DNA of 64,000 nucleotides, taken from positions 372,001-436,000 of IMG/VR virus record IMGVR_UViG_3300034072_000926; one strand, 5' to 3'. The position numbers and the translations under genes were made by a program. The notes below the pieces were generated by a model. That model had not been told where the DNA came from. It worked only from the letters and a program-made list of their open reading frames with translations, and searched no databases. This document shows, one piece after another, positions 63,473-64,000 of the stretch. Numbering within the stretch: position 1 is the first letter of the stretch; every line of letters starts with the position of its first letter.

Positions 63473-63766
63473 TTACATTCCCCAGTTAATTTACCGATCT
63501 CTTGTCCATTCTTATACATAGGTGGAACAAGCGAGTCAACCAGGTATTTCACCTTTTCTCGATCTAGTTGCTAGGTCGGTACGCCCTCCTCCTTACCGAC
63601 ACCGAGGTCCACGCTATTCACGCTTCTGCCCTCTGAAATCCAGCTCAGTGCTACTTGTCGGCCGCCGTTCACACCTCTGCTCTAGCATTGGTGAGCGTAT
63701 GGTGAATACAAAGGTGTGTCAACTCTAGATATGGGAATGGGCCGAAATTTCTTCCGGCCCAAAATC

Positions 63767-64000
63767 TTACTTGACTTTGCCGCCGCAACCGATGATACCA
63801 GCTTCGAGGCTCTTGATGTAGGCTTTCTGTTCCGCAATTGTCTGGCGCAACATAGCATTCTGCTGTTCTAGCTTCAGTCCACGTTCTGCCTTATCAATTG
63901 CAATCTCAGCCTTTGCGATTTCGACCGTGCAAAGAACTGGAATAGGCACGTCGTTCTGGACGACCTCTGTGTTCTCTGGCGGTTTAGGGATAGTCTCAAC
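63767..64000 (-). CDS. hypothetical protein (5' truncated by window; o-spanin-like?)
   Basis: open frame to edge; PIPVLC plus coiled coil ending IIGCG. Confidence 0.5.
   Translation of the reverse strand, partial: VETIPKPPENTEVVQNDVPIPVLCTVEIAKAEIAIDKAERGLKLEQQNAMLRQTIAEQKAYIKSLEAGIIGCGGKVK

Noticed and set aside
62078-63574. 498-aa + strand ORF
   Set aside because: Antisense shadow of the helicase

Overview
A 64-kb segment of a large (jumbo-type) dsDNA bacteriophage genome, most likely infecting an alphaproteobacterium. The host is inferred from a class I LysRS, a sphingomonad-style glycine-zipper protein, a Flp-pilin-like peptide and frequent leaderless starts. It is the early/accessory region: dense, mostly minus-strand short ORFs in more than 35 mini-operons. 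Each is headed by a conserved ~60-bp unit: sigma70 -35 TTGAC, an AAYAGGWGA-type box, TGC-TA(A/T) -10, and an invariant AGGAGATCGA Shine-Dalgarno. Recognisable enzymes include NadE, an NMNAT-like/PRTase fusion, a 2OG-Fe(II) oxygenase, a radical SAM + PLP enzyme pair, class I LysRS, Pth2, YqeY, a RelA/SpoT-type HD hydrolase, a motor-only FtsK, a double AAA ATPase, a 2H phosphoesterase, a DnaQ-like exonuclease, an SF2 helicase, an RHH-ParB-XRE operon and one tail-fibre-like gene. The best novel candidates are: the repeated cassette promoter/anti-SD system; two ORF-free, promoter-and-terminator-bounded structured RNAs; a tRNA-like RNA with an extended anticodon arm; a shared C-terminal 'A(M/V)L(F/L)KL(xW)' tag on many unrelated proteins; a possible new NAD-rebuilding route; and a Flp pilin mimic. 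All calls are by eye from motifs; no searches or folding programs were run. No CRISPR array, rRNA or canonical tRNA was seen.
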